From NCBI RefSeq assembly GCF_000446015.1, contig NC_022093.1:750001-782000 (forward strand): a stretch of 32,000 nucleotides of DNA, given 5' to 3'. The notes beneath the pieces are model-generated. The model was not told the origin of the DNA. It did not search any database and saw only the letters and a list, made by a program, of their open reading frames with translations. Source of the DNA: Thermofilum adornatum. Lineage in GTDB: Archaea; Thermoproteota; Thermoprotei; Thermofilales; Thermofilaceae. The number at the start of each line of letters is the position of its first letter. The stretch's first letter is position 1. Positions 1 through 8,202 of this stretch are shown here, one piece after another. Position numbers and translations under genes: made by a program.

Positions 1-250
1 TATGCTCTCGCGGCGAGTTTGATTATGCGCATGTAGGTTTCCTCTCTATTGACCATATTATATTGAGGTTTTTCATCATGTTTTAATTGTTGTTGTTCAG
101 GAGTGTTTTTAATTAACACATATAGATAAAGATATATACTTCCATGAATTGACAAAGATCATACTTATCTTTGTTTTATAGTTAAAAGTATAATTGTTAT
201 GAATTAATTATCATATTTTTTTCTTTTTTTAGATTTTTATAAAAATAAAT

Positions 251-259
251 TTTTAATAA
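251..259 (+). promoter_or_regulatory. Candidate TATA box for the hydrogenase operon (leaderless-type spacing)
   Basis: TTTTAATAA lies 26-34 nt upstream of the hynS ATG. No SD-like sequence in between. A second TATA-like run sits at 235-246. Confidence 0.35.
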
Positions 260-284
260 TAGTTATTACAACTAATTTCTTGTT

Positions 285-1541
285 ATGACAAACCTGCCAA
301 ATATTTCAAGAAGAGACTTTGTAAAGCTAGCAGGGAGTACAGCGTTTCTGGCTTCGCTTAACTGGGACGAGCTTGTTAGGCTCGCTGTAGCCCAGGCCCA
401 GAGTGGCTCTATCAATATTGTGTGGTTTGAGGCCCAGGACTGCGCAGGCAATACAACTGCACTTATTCAGGCTACCGAGCCAGACCTCATCGATGTTCTT
501 GGGGGATCTTTCCACTTGGTTGGACCCGGGAATGTGAAGCTTGCTTTCCACGAGACCGTGATGCCTGAGTGGGGCGAGGGTGCCCTAGATATCCTGCGTG
601 CAGCGGTCACAGGCAAGCTTGACCCATTTGTGCTGGTTTTGGAAGGGAGTTTCCCGCAGGACGAGAAGGCTGGCGGTCCTCCTGGGAGCGATTATTACTG
701 CTATATCGGGGACGAGAATGGCAAGCCTATTTCCTGTGTTGAGTGGATGAGGCGCTTGTTGCCACGTGCGGTCGCGGTTGTGGCTGTTGGGAACTGTGCC
801 AGCTATGGTGGACTGGTGGCTAACAAGGTTATTGAGAGGGTGCAGGGTCTGCCACAGTCGAAGTGGTCTGATAGCCCGACTGGCGCCGTTGGTTTCTTTG
901 ATGATCCTATTAGGGGTATCAAGGGTCTAGTGAGTCAGTTGCCTGAAGCTGAGCCTTTCAGGAAGTTTATTAGTGGGCAGTGTAGCCTGAAGCCAGGAGA
1001 GATTAGGGCTGACTGCAGGCCAGCTGTTGCTGTGCCGGGGTGCCCGGCTAACGGGAACGGCCAATTGAGGACCCTAGCGGCGCTTGTGCTTTGGGCTAAG
1101 GGTCTCCTACCCCTGCCTGAACTGGACGTGTACTGGCGTCCAAAGTTTATATATGGGGCAACTGTCCACGAGCAGTGTCCACGTGCAGGTTCTTATGCGG
1201 CTGGCGACTTCAGGGCTTATCCGGGGGAAAACAGCTACAAGTGTCTATATGCAGTTGGATGCAAAGGGCCGATTTCTAACTGTCCGTGGAACAAGCTTGG
1301 CTGGGTTAACGGCGTAGGTGGACCAACGAGGACTGGTGGTGTGTGTATCGGGTGCACCATGCCAGGGTTTACCGATGCGTATGAGCCGTTCTATAAGCCT
1401 CTGCAGGCGCCAAGGGTTCCAAGCGGTCTAGAGGGTGCTGCGGCTGTTGCGGCTTTGCTAGCTGGTGTTGGGCTGGCTTATTGGACTAGTAAGAATATTG
1501 AGAAGAAAAAGGAAGAAGTTACTAAAGAGGTTAAGGGGTGA
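285..1541 (+). CDS. hynS: [NiFe]-hydrogenase small subunit, Tat-exported, with C-terminal membrane anchor
   Basis: 418-aa ORF. Twin-arginine signal NISRRDFVKLAG at the N-terminus. Small-subunit FeS ligand motifs GNCASYGG, VPGCP, VHEQCPR, CLYAVGCKGPISNCPW and GGVCIGC. C-terminal hydrophobic helix AAAVAALLAGVGLAYW followed by a Lys/Glu-rich tail. ATG start lies 26-34 nt downstream of a TATA-like TTTTAATAA. Confidence 0.93.
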   Translation: MTNLPNISRRDFVKLAGSTAFLASLNWDELVRLAVAQAQSGSINIVWFEAQDCAGNTTALIQATEPDLIDVLGGSFHLVGPGNVKLAFHETVMPEWGEGALDILRAAVTGKLDPFVLVLEGSFPQDEKAGGPPGSDYYCYIGDENGKPISCVEWMRRLLPRAVAVVAVGNCASYGGLVANKVIERVQGLPQSKWSDSPTGAVGFFDDPIRGIKGLVSQLPEAEPFRKFISGQCSLKPGEIRADCRPAVAVPGCPANGNGQLRTLAALVLWAKGLLPLPELDVYWRPKFIYGATVHEQCPRAGSYAAGDFRAYPGENSYKCLYAVGCKGPISNCPWNKLGWVNGVGGPTRTGGVCIGCTMPGFTDAYEPFYKPLQAPRVPSGLEGAAAVAALLAGVGLAYWTSKNIEKKKEEVTKEVKG

Positions 1542-1548
1542 GGGGTAA

Positions 1549-3339
1549 ATGAGTCAGAAAGAAATATTTATAGATCCAATTACGAGGATTGAGGGACACC
1601 TTGCTCTCAGGGCTCTAGTGGACACAGCTACCAGGAAGCCTAGCGACGTCTGGGTATTTGCGACGATGTTTAGGGGTTTTGAGGTGTTCTTGAGGGGGAG
1701 GCCTCCAGAGGACGCTATCCATATTACGTCTAGGATTTGTGGTGTGTGTGGAGCAAGCCATACAAACGCGTCTATGCACGCAGTGGACATGGCTTATGGT
1801 GTTGCACCCGAGCCCCTAGGCGTAGTACTGAGAAACATGGCTTTTGCAATGACCGATGCTCTGTATGACCATCCACTTATCTTGAATATGCTTGGCGGCC
1901 CCGACTACAGCGAGCTGATAGTGAAGAAGCTTACCCCCAGCGTGTGGGATGATGCACAGAAGACGGACGCGCCGCATAGGGACATTCACGGCTTCGCCAA
2001 GATATCAGACATAATGAGTGCACTCAATCCGGTTTCTGGCAAGATATGGCAACTGACAATGAAGTATTCGAGGATTGCGAGGGAAGCCGGCGTCCTGATC
2101 TATGGTCGCCACAGCCACCCCTCAACAGTTGTCCCAGGAGGCATAACGACAGATTTGACTAATGCAGAGTACCTGCTTGTTGGCTATACGTATAGGCTTA
2201 CAAAGCTTACTGCTTGGGCCAAGTTCCTATACGCTGTGTGGCAGGATCTTGTATGGTTCTACGAGGAGAGACACGGCTACAGAGACCAGGGTCTAACCTA
2301 TAAGAAACACAACATGGTAAGCGGTGGTCTCTTTGACGACCCAGAAGCCTACTCTTCTCTGGACGGATCTCCCGAAGACTTCTACAAGAATGTTGACCAG
2401 GCCGCAAGCAAGCGTGGGATTAAGCCTGGAGCCTTCGTGAACGGCGAGCTTGTAACCAAGAGCTACAAGGAGATAAACCTGAGCATAATGGAGCATGTTG
2501 AGAGAGCGTTCTACGAGGACTGGAAAGGAGCCATGCCGATATACACAGAAAAGGATCCTGAGGGCAACCCGCTCCTATGGGGCAAGTACGACGTTGCCTA
2601 TCACCCGTGGAACAAGACCACTATACCTAAGCCTACTGCCCGCGACTGGAACGGCAAGTACAACTGGGCTGCCCATGTCAGGTTTGTGTGGAAGGACGGC
2701 ACAATAACGCCTTTCGAGGTTGGCCCAATAGCTAGGCTAACTGTGACAGCCTACCAGCCGAACAACTATGGAAGCGGAAACGGTGTACTCAAGGTAACCT
2801 TGCCTAGGAGCGGTGGTGCAGACGACCTGCCTGCGTCGGTTGTCGACGAGATGGATCTTGAATGGCGCGCGCCGCCCTACTCGACCACGCTTCAGAGAGT
2901 GTTGGCAAGGGCGTTCAACGTTGTGGTCGACGTTGCGTCTGCTTGGGATAACGTAGTGAAGGCTGTAGAGCTAGTCAGGAATGGTAGGGTGAAGACTTCC
3001 AGGCCATGGACTGCCCCATCTCGAAGAACCTTTGGTGTCGGCTTCACTGAGGCGCCCAGGGGCACTGTAAGGCACTGGGTAGTTCAGGAAGGAGGAAAGA
3101 TTGTGAACTACCAGATCCACGCGCCGACTACGGGCAACGTGTCTCCGAAGGACAAGTGGGGTATGTCTCCCTTTGAGCAGAGCGTCGCCAACACAATAGT
3201 TACCGAGGAGGTCTCGCCAGATCAATGGGAAGGCGTGGACTTTGTCCGCGCTATTAGGAGCTTCGACCCCTGTATTGCATGTGCTGTTCACCTGCAGGTT
3301 GGCGAGAACAAGATAATCAAGAAGATGATAGTGAGGTGA
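1549..3339 (+). CDS. hynL: [NiFe]-hydrogenase large (catalytic) subunit
   Basis: 596 aa. N-terminal RIEGH and RICGVCGASH (CxxC Ni/Fe ligands). C-terminal DPCIACAVH followed by a 15-aa tail, typical of protease-processed large subunits. GGTGA Shine-Dalgarno-like sequence 7 nt upstream of the ATG, and only 7 nt after the hynS stop. Confidence 0.95.
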   Translation: MSQKEIFIDPITRIEGHLALRALVDTATRKPSDVWVFATMFRGFEVFLRGRPPEDAIHITSRICGVCGASHTNASMHAVDMAYGVAPEPLGVVLRNMAFAMTDALYDHPLILNMLGGPDYSELIVKKLTPSVWDDAQKTDAPHRDIHGFAKISDIMSALNPVSGKIWQLTMKYSRIAREAGVLIYGRHSHPSTVVPGGITTDLTNAEYLLVGYTYRLTKLTAWAKFLYAVWQDLVWFYEERHGYRDQGLTYKKHNMVSGGLFDDPEAYSSLDGSPEDFYKNVDQAASKRGIKPGAFVNGELVTKSYKEINLSIMEHVERAFYEDWKGAMPIYTEKDPEGNPLLWGKYDVAYHPWNKTTIPKPTARDWNGKYNWAAHVRFVWKDGTITPFEVGPIARLTVTAYQPNNYGSGNGVLKVTLPRSGGADDLPASVVDEMDLEWRAPPYSTTLQRVLARAFNVVVDVASAWDNVVKAVELVRNGRVKTSRPWTAPSRRTFGVGFTEAPRGTVRHWVVQEGGKIVNYQIHAPTTGNVSPKDKWGMSPFEQSVANTIVTEEVSPDQWEGVDFVRAIRSFDPCIACAVHLQVGENKIIKKMIVR

Positions 3340-3348
3340 AGGGACGTA

Positions 3349-4140
3349 ATGGATCTGCTTGACCTAGCAATATATGTCTTGCCTCCCTATGTAGTTGCGG
3401 TCTTCTTGTTCGGCGTAGCCTACAGGCTGTCTAGGTATGTCTTCCTCTGGAAGCGCAAGCCCAGTGCGCCAAGGCGTCAGAAGTCGTTTGCTTCTTTGCT
3501 GGTCGGGCTTGTCAAGACGTTTCTGGATCCACTGATTATCGCGGCGCAGAAAAGGAAGGGGGACTTTATAGGTGGACTTATTGCTCTCCACATTGTTGGC
3601 GTGATTCCCCTGATTTTCCTGCTTGGCCAGCACGTTGCTATGTTTAGCTACTGGCTACCTTTCTACTCTCTCCTGAAGCCGTTCGCCATACCCACAAGCA
3701 TTACTACTGGTTCTCAGAGCTTCTTTACAAATGTTCTTCCTGCCAGTAGCATGTCGTGGACTTTCGTGAACACCATTTGGGGTCCATTGACAATTATCCT
3801 CAACGGGGATCTGTTAGCCATACTGGCAATTATCGGTGTGTCATACAAGTTTGGCGACAAGATTGTACGAGCCTTGCACAAGTTGCCGCACCTGCGTCTA
3901 GGCGACTTTATAGACTTGTTCCTACTCCTAGCCATCCTCGTTTCAGGATTCCTTGCTACCCACCACTTGCCGAGCCCCGACATTGCTACGTATAGGCTAG
4001 TCCTCGGGACACATATACTCCTAGCGGAGACACTTGTAGCTTACCTGCCGTTTTCGAAGTTCTGGCACTTCGTGTTTGGTTACTGGTATGGCAAGCTCCA
4101 TGAATGGTATGACATCAAGTTTAACAGGGGGTCTTTATGA
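3349..4140 (+). CDS. Integral membrane protein, NarI/DsrM/HdrE/Isp1-like putative dihaem cytochrome b anchor
   Basis: 263 aa with about 5 hydrophobic helices. Paired His residues in helix 2 (ALHIVGVIPLIFLLGQH) and in the last helix (GTHILLAETLVAYLPFSKFWH, His-x17-His, the spacing of the E. coli NarI helix V haem ligands). GAGGTGA SD-like sequence 9 nt upstream. ATGA overlap with the next gene. Family assigned from architecture and context, not from an alignment. Confidence 0.72.
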   Translation: MDLLDLAIYVLPPYVVAVFLFGVAYRLSRYVFLWKRKPSAPRRQKSFASLLVGLVKTFLDPLIIAAQKRKGDFIGGLIALHIVGVIPLIFLLGQHVAMFSYWLPFYSLLKPFAIPTSITTGSQSFFTNVLPASSMSWTFVNTIWGPLTIILNGDLLAILAIIGVSYKFGDKIVRALHKLPHLRLGDFIDLFLLLAILVSGFLATHHLPSPDIATYRLVLGTHILLAETLVAYLPFSKFWHFVFGYWYGKLHEWYDIKFNRGSL

Positions 4141-5477
4141 GCTGGGAACAGTTCAAAAAGGAAACGGTAAAAGTAGCGGCGAAAAAAACTGCATCCCATC
4201 TTACCCCGGTTTCACTGCACTTCCTTGAGAACTGTGTAGGATGTGCACTATGCGAAGTTAACTGTCCATTTACGCCTGTCGGGGAGGAATATGGGCCTGT
4301 AAGCAAGGCAGAGCCACTTAGACACGTTTTGCGGCAAGAGATAAATCTCTTGCCTAAGCTGTTCCCCTGGCTGTTTGACGGGAAGCTTCCCAAGAGCAAA
4401 GAAGAATTAGACAAGTGGGTTGACCTCGCCTATCACTGCACAAACTGTGGTCTCTGCTATATTACATGTCCATTCAGCATCCACAGCGGCGAAATGATTG
4501 CTCAGTTAAGGGGTTTCTTGGCTCAGACAGGGAGAGTTCCATCACTGCTCAAGCCAATGGTAGACGCTGAGACCAGCGGCATGTTCCTCGAGAATCCGGG
4601 CTTCAAACAGGTCTGGGACAATGTCATGTCACAGGTTCGCAACGTTGCAAACGTAGAGCTAGACAAGAAAGGAGCAAAATATCTCTATCTACCATCTCTT
4701 GCTGAAGCAATGATTACACCCGGCGCAGTAGTCTCAACTGCAAAGATATTGTCAAAACTTGGTATTGACTGGACGATGCCTAGTAAGCCTCTCTCTATTA
4801 GAGCACCCATCGGCAAGCTTGCAGGCGACCACGAGTCTACCATGATAATCGCGAAGAAGATATACGACTACATAAAGAACATTAATCCAGAGTACCTTGT
4901 CTTTAGTGACGGAGGGTATCCCTATACATTCTTCAGGTTCGAGCTCCCAGGAGTCGTCGGTGAGAAGCCAAGCTTCAAGGTACTGCATCTAGTTGAGATT
5001 CTTGTAGACGCCATTAATCAGGGCAAGCTCAAAGTTAAACAGACAAACGAGCGCATCACTTGGCACAGCCCATGCAAAATGGGTAGGTTTGGCGGTCTCA
5101 TTGAGGAACCTGCTGAAGTATTGTCAAAAGTTTCAACAAACTTCGTCAAGCTGAAGAGCCACGGATTGTTCAGTAAATGCTGTGGCGGAGGTAACTCTAT
5201 CGCATGTATCGTGCCCCCAACCCAGGAAATGATGGAGAAATTGATGGGCATGAAGCTGGAGATTACGCCGACTGAGAAAAGCTTCTTGGACAAACTCTAC
5301 CGCGACATGTTGATTGCTGGCAGGGAAAAGGTGCAGGAGATAAAGGAGTCCGGCGCCACAGTTGTTAGCACAGCTTGTGTCGGATGCTTCCATACTCTAG
5401 GCTTTACTACTAAGGCTCATGGAGTCAACGTGACATTAAAGACTCTGGCTGAAGTTGTTGCAGAAAACCTAGAATAG
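4137..5477 (+). CDS. HdrD/DsrK/Isp2-like iron-sulfur protein (2x[4Fe-4S] ferredoxin domain plus CCG cysteine-rich domains)
   Basis: 446 aa. Two CxxCxxCxxxCP motifs (CVGCALCEVNCP, CTNCGLCYITCP), then Cys-rich regions WHSPCKMGRFGG, KCCGGGNSIAC and STACVGCFH, typical of CCG domains. No TM helix or signal, so predicted cytoplasmic. Start overlaps the upstream stop by 4 nt. Confidence 0.85.
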   Translation: MSWEQFKKETVKVAAKKTASHLTPVSLHFLENCVGCALCEVNCPFTPVGEEYGPVSKAEPLRHVLRQEINLLPKLFPWLFDGKLPKSKEELDKWVDLAYHCTNCGLCYITCPFSIHSGEMIAQLRGFLAQTGRVPSLLKPMVDAETSGMFLENPGFKQVWDNVMSQVRNVANVELDKKGAKYLYLPSLAEAMITPGAVVSTAKILSKLGIDWTMPSKPLSIRAPIGKLAGDHESTMIIAKKIYDYIKNINPEYLVFSDGGYPYTFFRFELPGVVGEKPSFKVLHLVEILVDAINQGKLKVKQTNERITWHSPCKMGRFGGLIEEPAEVLSKVSTNFVKLKSHGLFSKCCGGGNSIACIVPPTQEMMEKLMGMKLEITPTEKSFLDKLYRDMLIAGREKVQEIKESGATVVSTACVGCFHTLGFTTKAHGVNVTLKTLAEVVAENLE

Positions 5478-5486
5478 GTTCCAAAA

Positions 5487-6500
5487 TTATTTTTTCTTTT
5501 TCTCCTCATGACTAAGGGACAGCTGGGCTATTTTTCTAAGTGGGCATGTTATTTTTCCATCATAAGTTGTCGCCCCATAGCCGTTCATTTTGAAAAATGG
5601 CTCCCGCAGAAAGTTTGCCTTTATGATGCTTTCTCTGAGTTTATATAGCTTTTCGTGGCTTCGATCCATAAGTGTATTTCTAATGTCTACAAGGTTGTCA
5701 TCTCTGTTTAGGCATGTTTTAAGTTTTCCGTCGTGGGTTAAACGTATCCTTGTGCAACCGGCGCAGAAGAATGGATTGCAGTAGTTCGCTATGACTTCGA
5801 CTTGGATGCCTGTCTCCAGCTTGAAGATAGGTCTGGAATGTAGGGGTCTGACTTCTACTCTAGAAGACTTGGATTCCAGCAATGGTAGGACTTCTTCTGC
5901 GGGGACGTAAAGTTTATCGAAAATTTCTTTTCCTTTCCCCTGCGGTATAAGCTCAATTAGGTTTACATTGAAGCCCATTTTAGACGCGTAGTCTAGCACC
6001 TTCTCTAGTTCGCCAACGTTTGCTTTTGTCAGTACATAGTTTAGTTTTACGGGCAGAGAGTAGTCCTTAGCTAGACTTAGTCCACGTAGCACCTTGTCCT
6101 GGCCCTTTACTTGTGTGACGGCCACGTATGTCTGTGGCGAAACAGCGTGAAGACTAACATTTACGCGGTCAAGGCCCTTATCGACAAGCCTGTTGAGTTT
6201 GTCTTCGAGGAGGTAACCGTTTGTTGTGAGTGACACTTCTATACCTTTGCCGATGGATTTGAGACTATGAATTATTTCTGGGAGGTCTTCCCGTAGGAGG
6301 GGCTCACCACCCGTTATTTTGAATTTCCTAATGTCTAGGCTGTAGGCTGCCGTTGCTACGTCGGTTATCTGGTCGGGCGTAAGCTGGGTGTTATTTGTTT
6401 CTTCTCCTTCCCTATGACAGAATACACAATTGTAGTTACATGCTGTAGTAACTGTGATTCTAAGGTTGTCTAGGGGTCTGCCGTATCTATCAAATAACAC
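5487..6500 (-). CDS. moaA: GTP 3',8-cyclase (molybdenum cofactor biosynthesis protein A), radical SAM
   Basis: 337 aa. N-terminal radical-SAM motif CNYNCVFC, GGEPLL, and C-terminal second-cluster motif CNPFFCAGCTRIRLTHDGKLKTCL. GTG start with TATA-like GCATTTAAAGG 29-39 nt upstream. Confidence 0.92.
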   Translation of the reverse strand: MLFDRYGRPLDNLRITVTTACNYNCVFCHREGEETNNTQLTPDQITDVATAAYSLDIRKFKITGGEPLLREDLPEIIHSLKSIGKGIEVSLTTNGYLLEDKLNRLVDKGLDRVNVSLHAVSPQTYVAVTQVKGQDKVLRGLSLAKDYSLPVKLNYVLTKANVGELEKVLDYASKMGFNVNLIELIPQGKGKEIFDKLYVPAEEVLPLLESKSSRVEVRPLHSRPIFKLETGIQVEVIANYCNPFFCAGCTRIRLTHDGKLKTCLNRDDNLVDIRNTLMDRSHEKLYKLRESIIKANFLREPFFKMNGYGATTYDGKITCPLRKIAQLSLSHEEKKKK

Positions 6501-6702
6501 AGTTATCTTATATTACACGCTTTACGCCTTTAAATGCTTTATTTTTGTCTGAAAATATCGGATCTGAGGAAGCTCTCACTTTAATTTATAAATATAGTTA
6601 ATCATGCTTAAATAGCTGAATGTAAATGATTTGCTGTCAAATTATCTTTCAAATCATAATCTTTTAAACCTTGAAGCTTTGGCTGTGTTTTCCTGAAGAT
6701 AT

Positions 6703-7470
6703 ATGGAAGGAACCGTCCTACATGTCAGCAGTGTCTCAAAGAGGTTTGGCGGGCTAGTCGCCTTGGATAATGTATCTCTAGAGGTTGGACGTTCGACCAT
6801 TACCTTACTTATTGGTCCTAATGGTAGTGGGAAAACTACGCTTATTAATGTTGTTGGTGGTGTCCTTAAGCCAGATACTGGTGCTATTTACTATGAGGAC
6901 AAAGACATTACCTATATGTCTCCAGCTGAGAGGTTCCGTCTAGGCATTGTGAGAACTTTTCAGACCCCTCAATTATTTAGGTCTCTAAGTGTTCTTGAGA
7001 ACGTATTGATTCCGTCCAAGTATTTTCTGGAAGAAAACGTCCTTGACATTGTGTTGTCAAACAGATGGGTGACGAAGGACAGGGAGCAGGTTCAGAGGGC
7101 ACTAGAAATTTTGTCTCTACTGAGGCTTGATCACCTGTGGGATGCTCCTGCATCTTCGTTGAGTGGGGGACAGATGAAGCTACTTGAGCTCGGGAGGATA
7201 TTGATGAGTGAGCCACGGGTAGTTCTGCTAGACGAGCCTCTTGCTGGTGTAAACCCTGCACTTGCGAGGGAGATTATGAAGCGTCTCAGAGAAATAAGAG
7301 ACGAGCTTGGCGTAACGTTTCTCATTGTTGAACACAGGCTTGACTTGGCGTCTTCGTATGCTGACTATGTCTATGCGATGCACAGAGGTAGCGTGATTTC
7401 AAGGGGGACGCCTGACGTCGTTTTAAAGGATCCCCTAGTGCTGGAAGCCTATATTGGAAGTTCTAGGTAG
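6703..7470 (+). CDS. livG: Branched-chain amino acid-type ABC transporter, ATP-binding protein (LivG-like)
   Basis: 255 aa. Walker A GPNGSGKTT, ABC signature LSGGQMKLLEL, Walker B VVLLDEP, and the C-terminal extension typical of LivG. Confidence 0.9.
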   Translation: MEGTVLHVSSVSKRFGGLVALDNVSLEVGRSTITLLIGPNGSGKTTLINVVGGVLKPDTGAIYYEDKDITYMSPAERFRLGIVRTFQTPQLFRSLSVLENVLIPSKYFLEENVLDIVLSNRWVTKDREQVQRALEILSLLRLDHLWDAPASSLSGGQMKLLELGRILMSEPRVVLLDEPLAGVNPALAREIMKRLREIRDELGVTFLIVEHRLDLASSYADYVYAMHRGSVISRGTPDVVLKDPLVLEAYIGSSR

Positions 7471-7473
7471 ACG

Positions 7474-8193
7474 GTGTTCATAGTGGAGTTGTTGAGGGTT
7501 GAGAGCCTTAGTGCAGGCTATGGAAACATGACTATAATTCATGAAGTTTCTTTTAGCGTTGAGAAGGGAGAAATATTTTCGGTTATTGGTCCCAATGGCA
7601 GTGGAAAGAGCACATTGTTGAAGGCACTTTTCGGCCTTGCCAGAACTTTCTCTGGATACATATTTTTTAATGGAAAAGAGATCACTAATTTTCCTCCACA
7701 CGAAAGGGTGAAGAACGGCTTAGGATACCTGCCCCAGACAGGCAATGTTTTTGAGGGGCTAACAGTTAGGGAGAATCTTTTGCTCGCAGGCTACGAGTAC
7801 AGCAATGGTGAACTTGATGAAAGGCTTGAGTCAGTTCAGGAGTTTCTCCCGGATGTGAAGAGACTGATGGATAGGAAGGCTTTAACTCTTAGTGGCGGCG
7901 AGAGACAGATGGTTGCACTTGCAATGGTTTTGCTGAAGAACCCGATTATGCTTATGTTTGACGAGCCTACCGCTGCCCTTGCACCTAAGATAGCAGAGGA
8001 GGTTTTTGGGAGAATTGTCAAGCTAAACAGGGAGTATGGTTTAACTGTTCTCTTGGTTGAACAGAATACGAGGAGGGCTTTGGAGCTTGCCGAGAGGGCC
8101 TTGTTACTAGTGTCAGGAAGTGTAAAGTTTTTTGGATCCGCAGATGAGCTTCTGAACCATAGGGATCTATTATCCCTGTATCTAGGGCTGTAG
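7474..8193 (+). CDS. livF: Branched-chain amino acid-type ABC transporter, ATP-binding protein (LivF-like)
   Basis: 239 aa. Walker A GPNGSGKST, signature LSGGERQMVAL, Walker B LMFDEPT. GTG start 3 nt after the livG stop. Confidence 0.9.
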   Translation: MFIVELLRVESLSAGYGNMTIIHEVSFSVEKGEIFSVIGPNGSGKSTLLKALFGLARTFSGYIFFNGKEITNFPPHERVKNGLGYLPQTGNVFEGLTVRENLLLAGYEYSNGELDERLESVQEFLPDVKRLMDRKALTLSGGERQMVALAMVLLKNPIMLMFDEPTAALAPKIAEEVFGRIVKLNREYGLTVLLVEQNTRRALELAERALLLVSGSVKFFGSADELLNHRDLLSLYLGL

Positions 8194-8202
8194 GTGGTCG
8201 GC

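Noticed and set aside
1-32. Possible start of a divergent gene on the minus strand. ATG at 32-30 reads MRIIKLAARA... off the window edge, with AATATAATAT 21-33 nt upstream.
   Set aside because: Only 10 codons are visible, too few to support a feature. It is worth checking in the adjacent sequence, where it could be a hydrogenase accessory gene.
73-79. C-box-like AUGAUGA on the minus strand in the region upstream of hynS.
   Set aside because: No CUGA D box or C'/D' elements occur within the next 70 nt on that strand.
285-3339. hynS/hynL look GC-richer than neighbours such as moaA or metG, suggesting horizontal acquisition. Hand counts of 60-nt lines gave mostly 53-67% for hynS/hynL against about 32-35% for the neighbours.
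   Set aside because: Only a few lines were counted by hand. Other core genes (ahcY, EF-2) also reach 50-55%, so gene-to-gene variance is too high to claim foreign origin without proper composition and codon statistics.
6626-6657. 8-bp inverted repeat ATGATTTG-N16-CAAATCAT in the moaA/livG divergent promoter region.
   Set aside because: It is short and A/T-rich, so it is expected by chance. It cannot be distinguished from background without comparative data.
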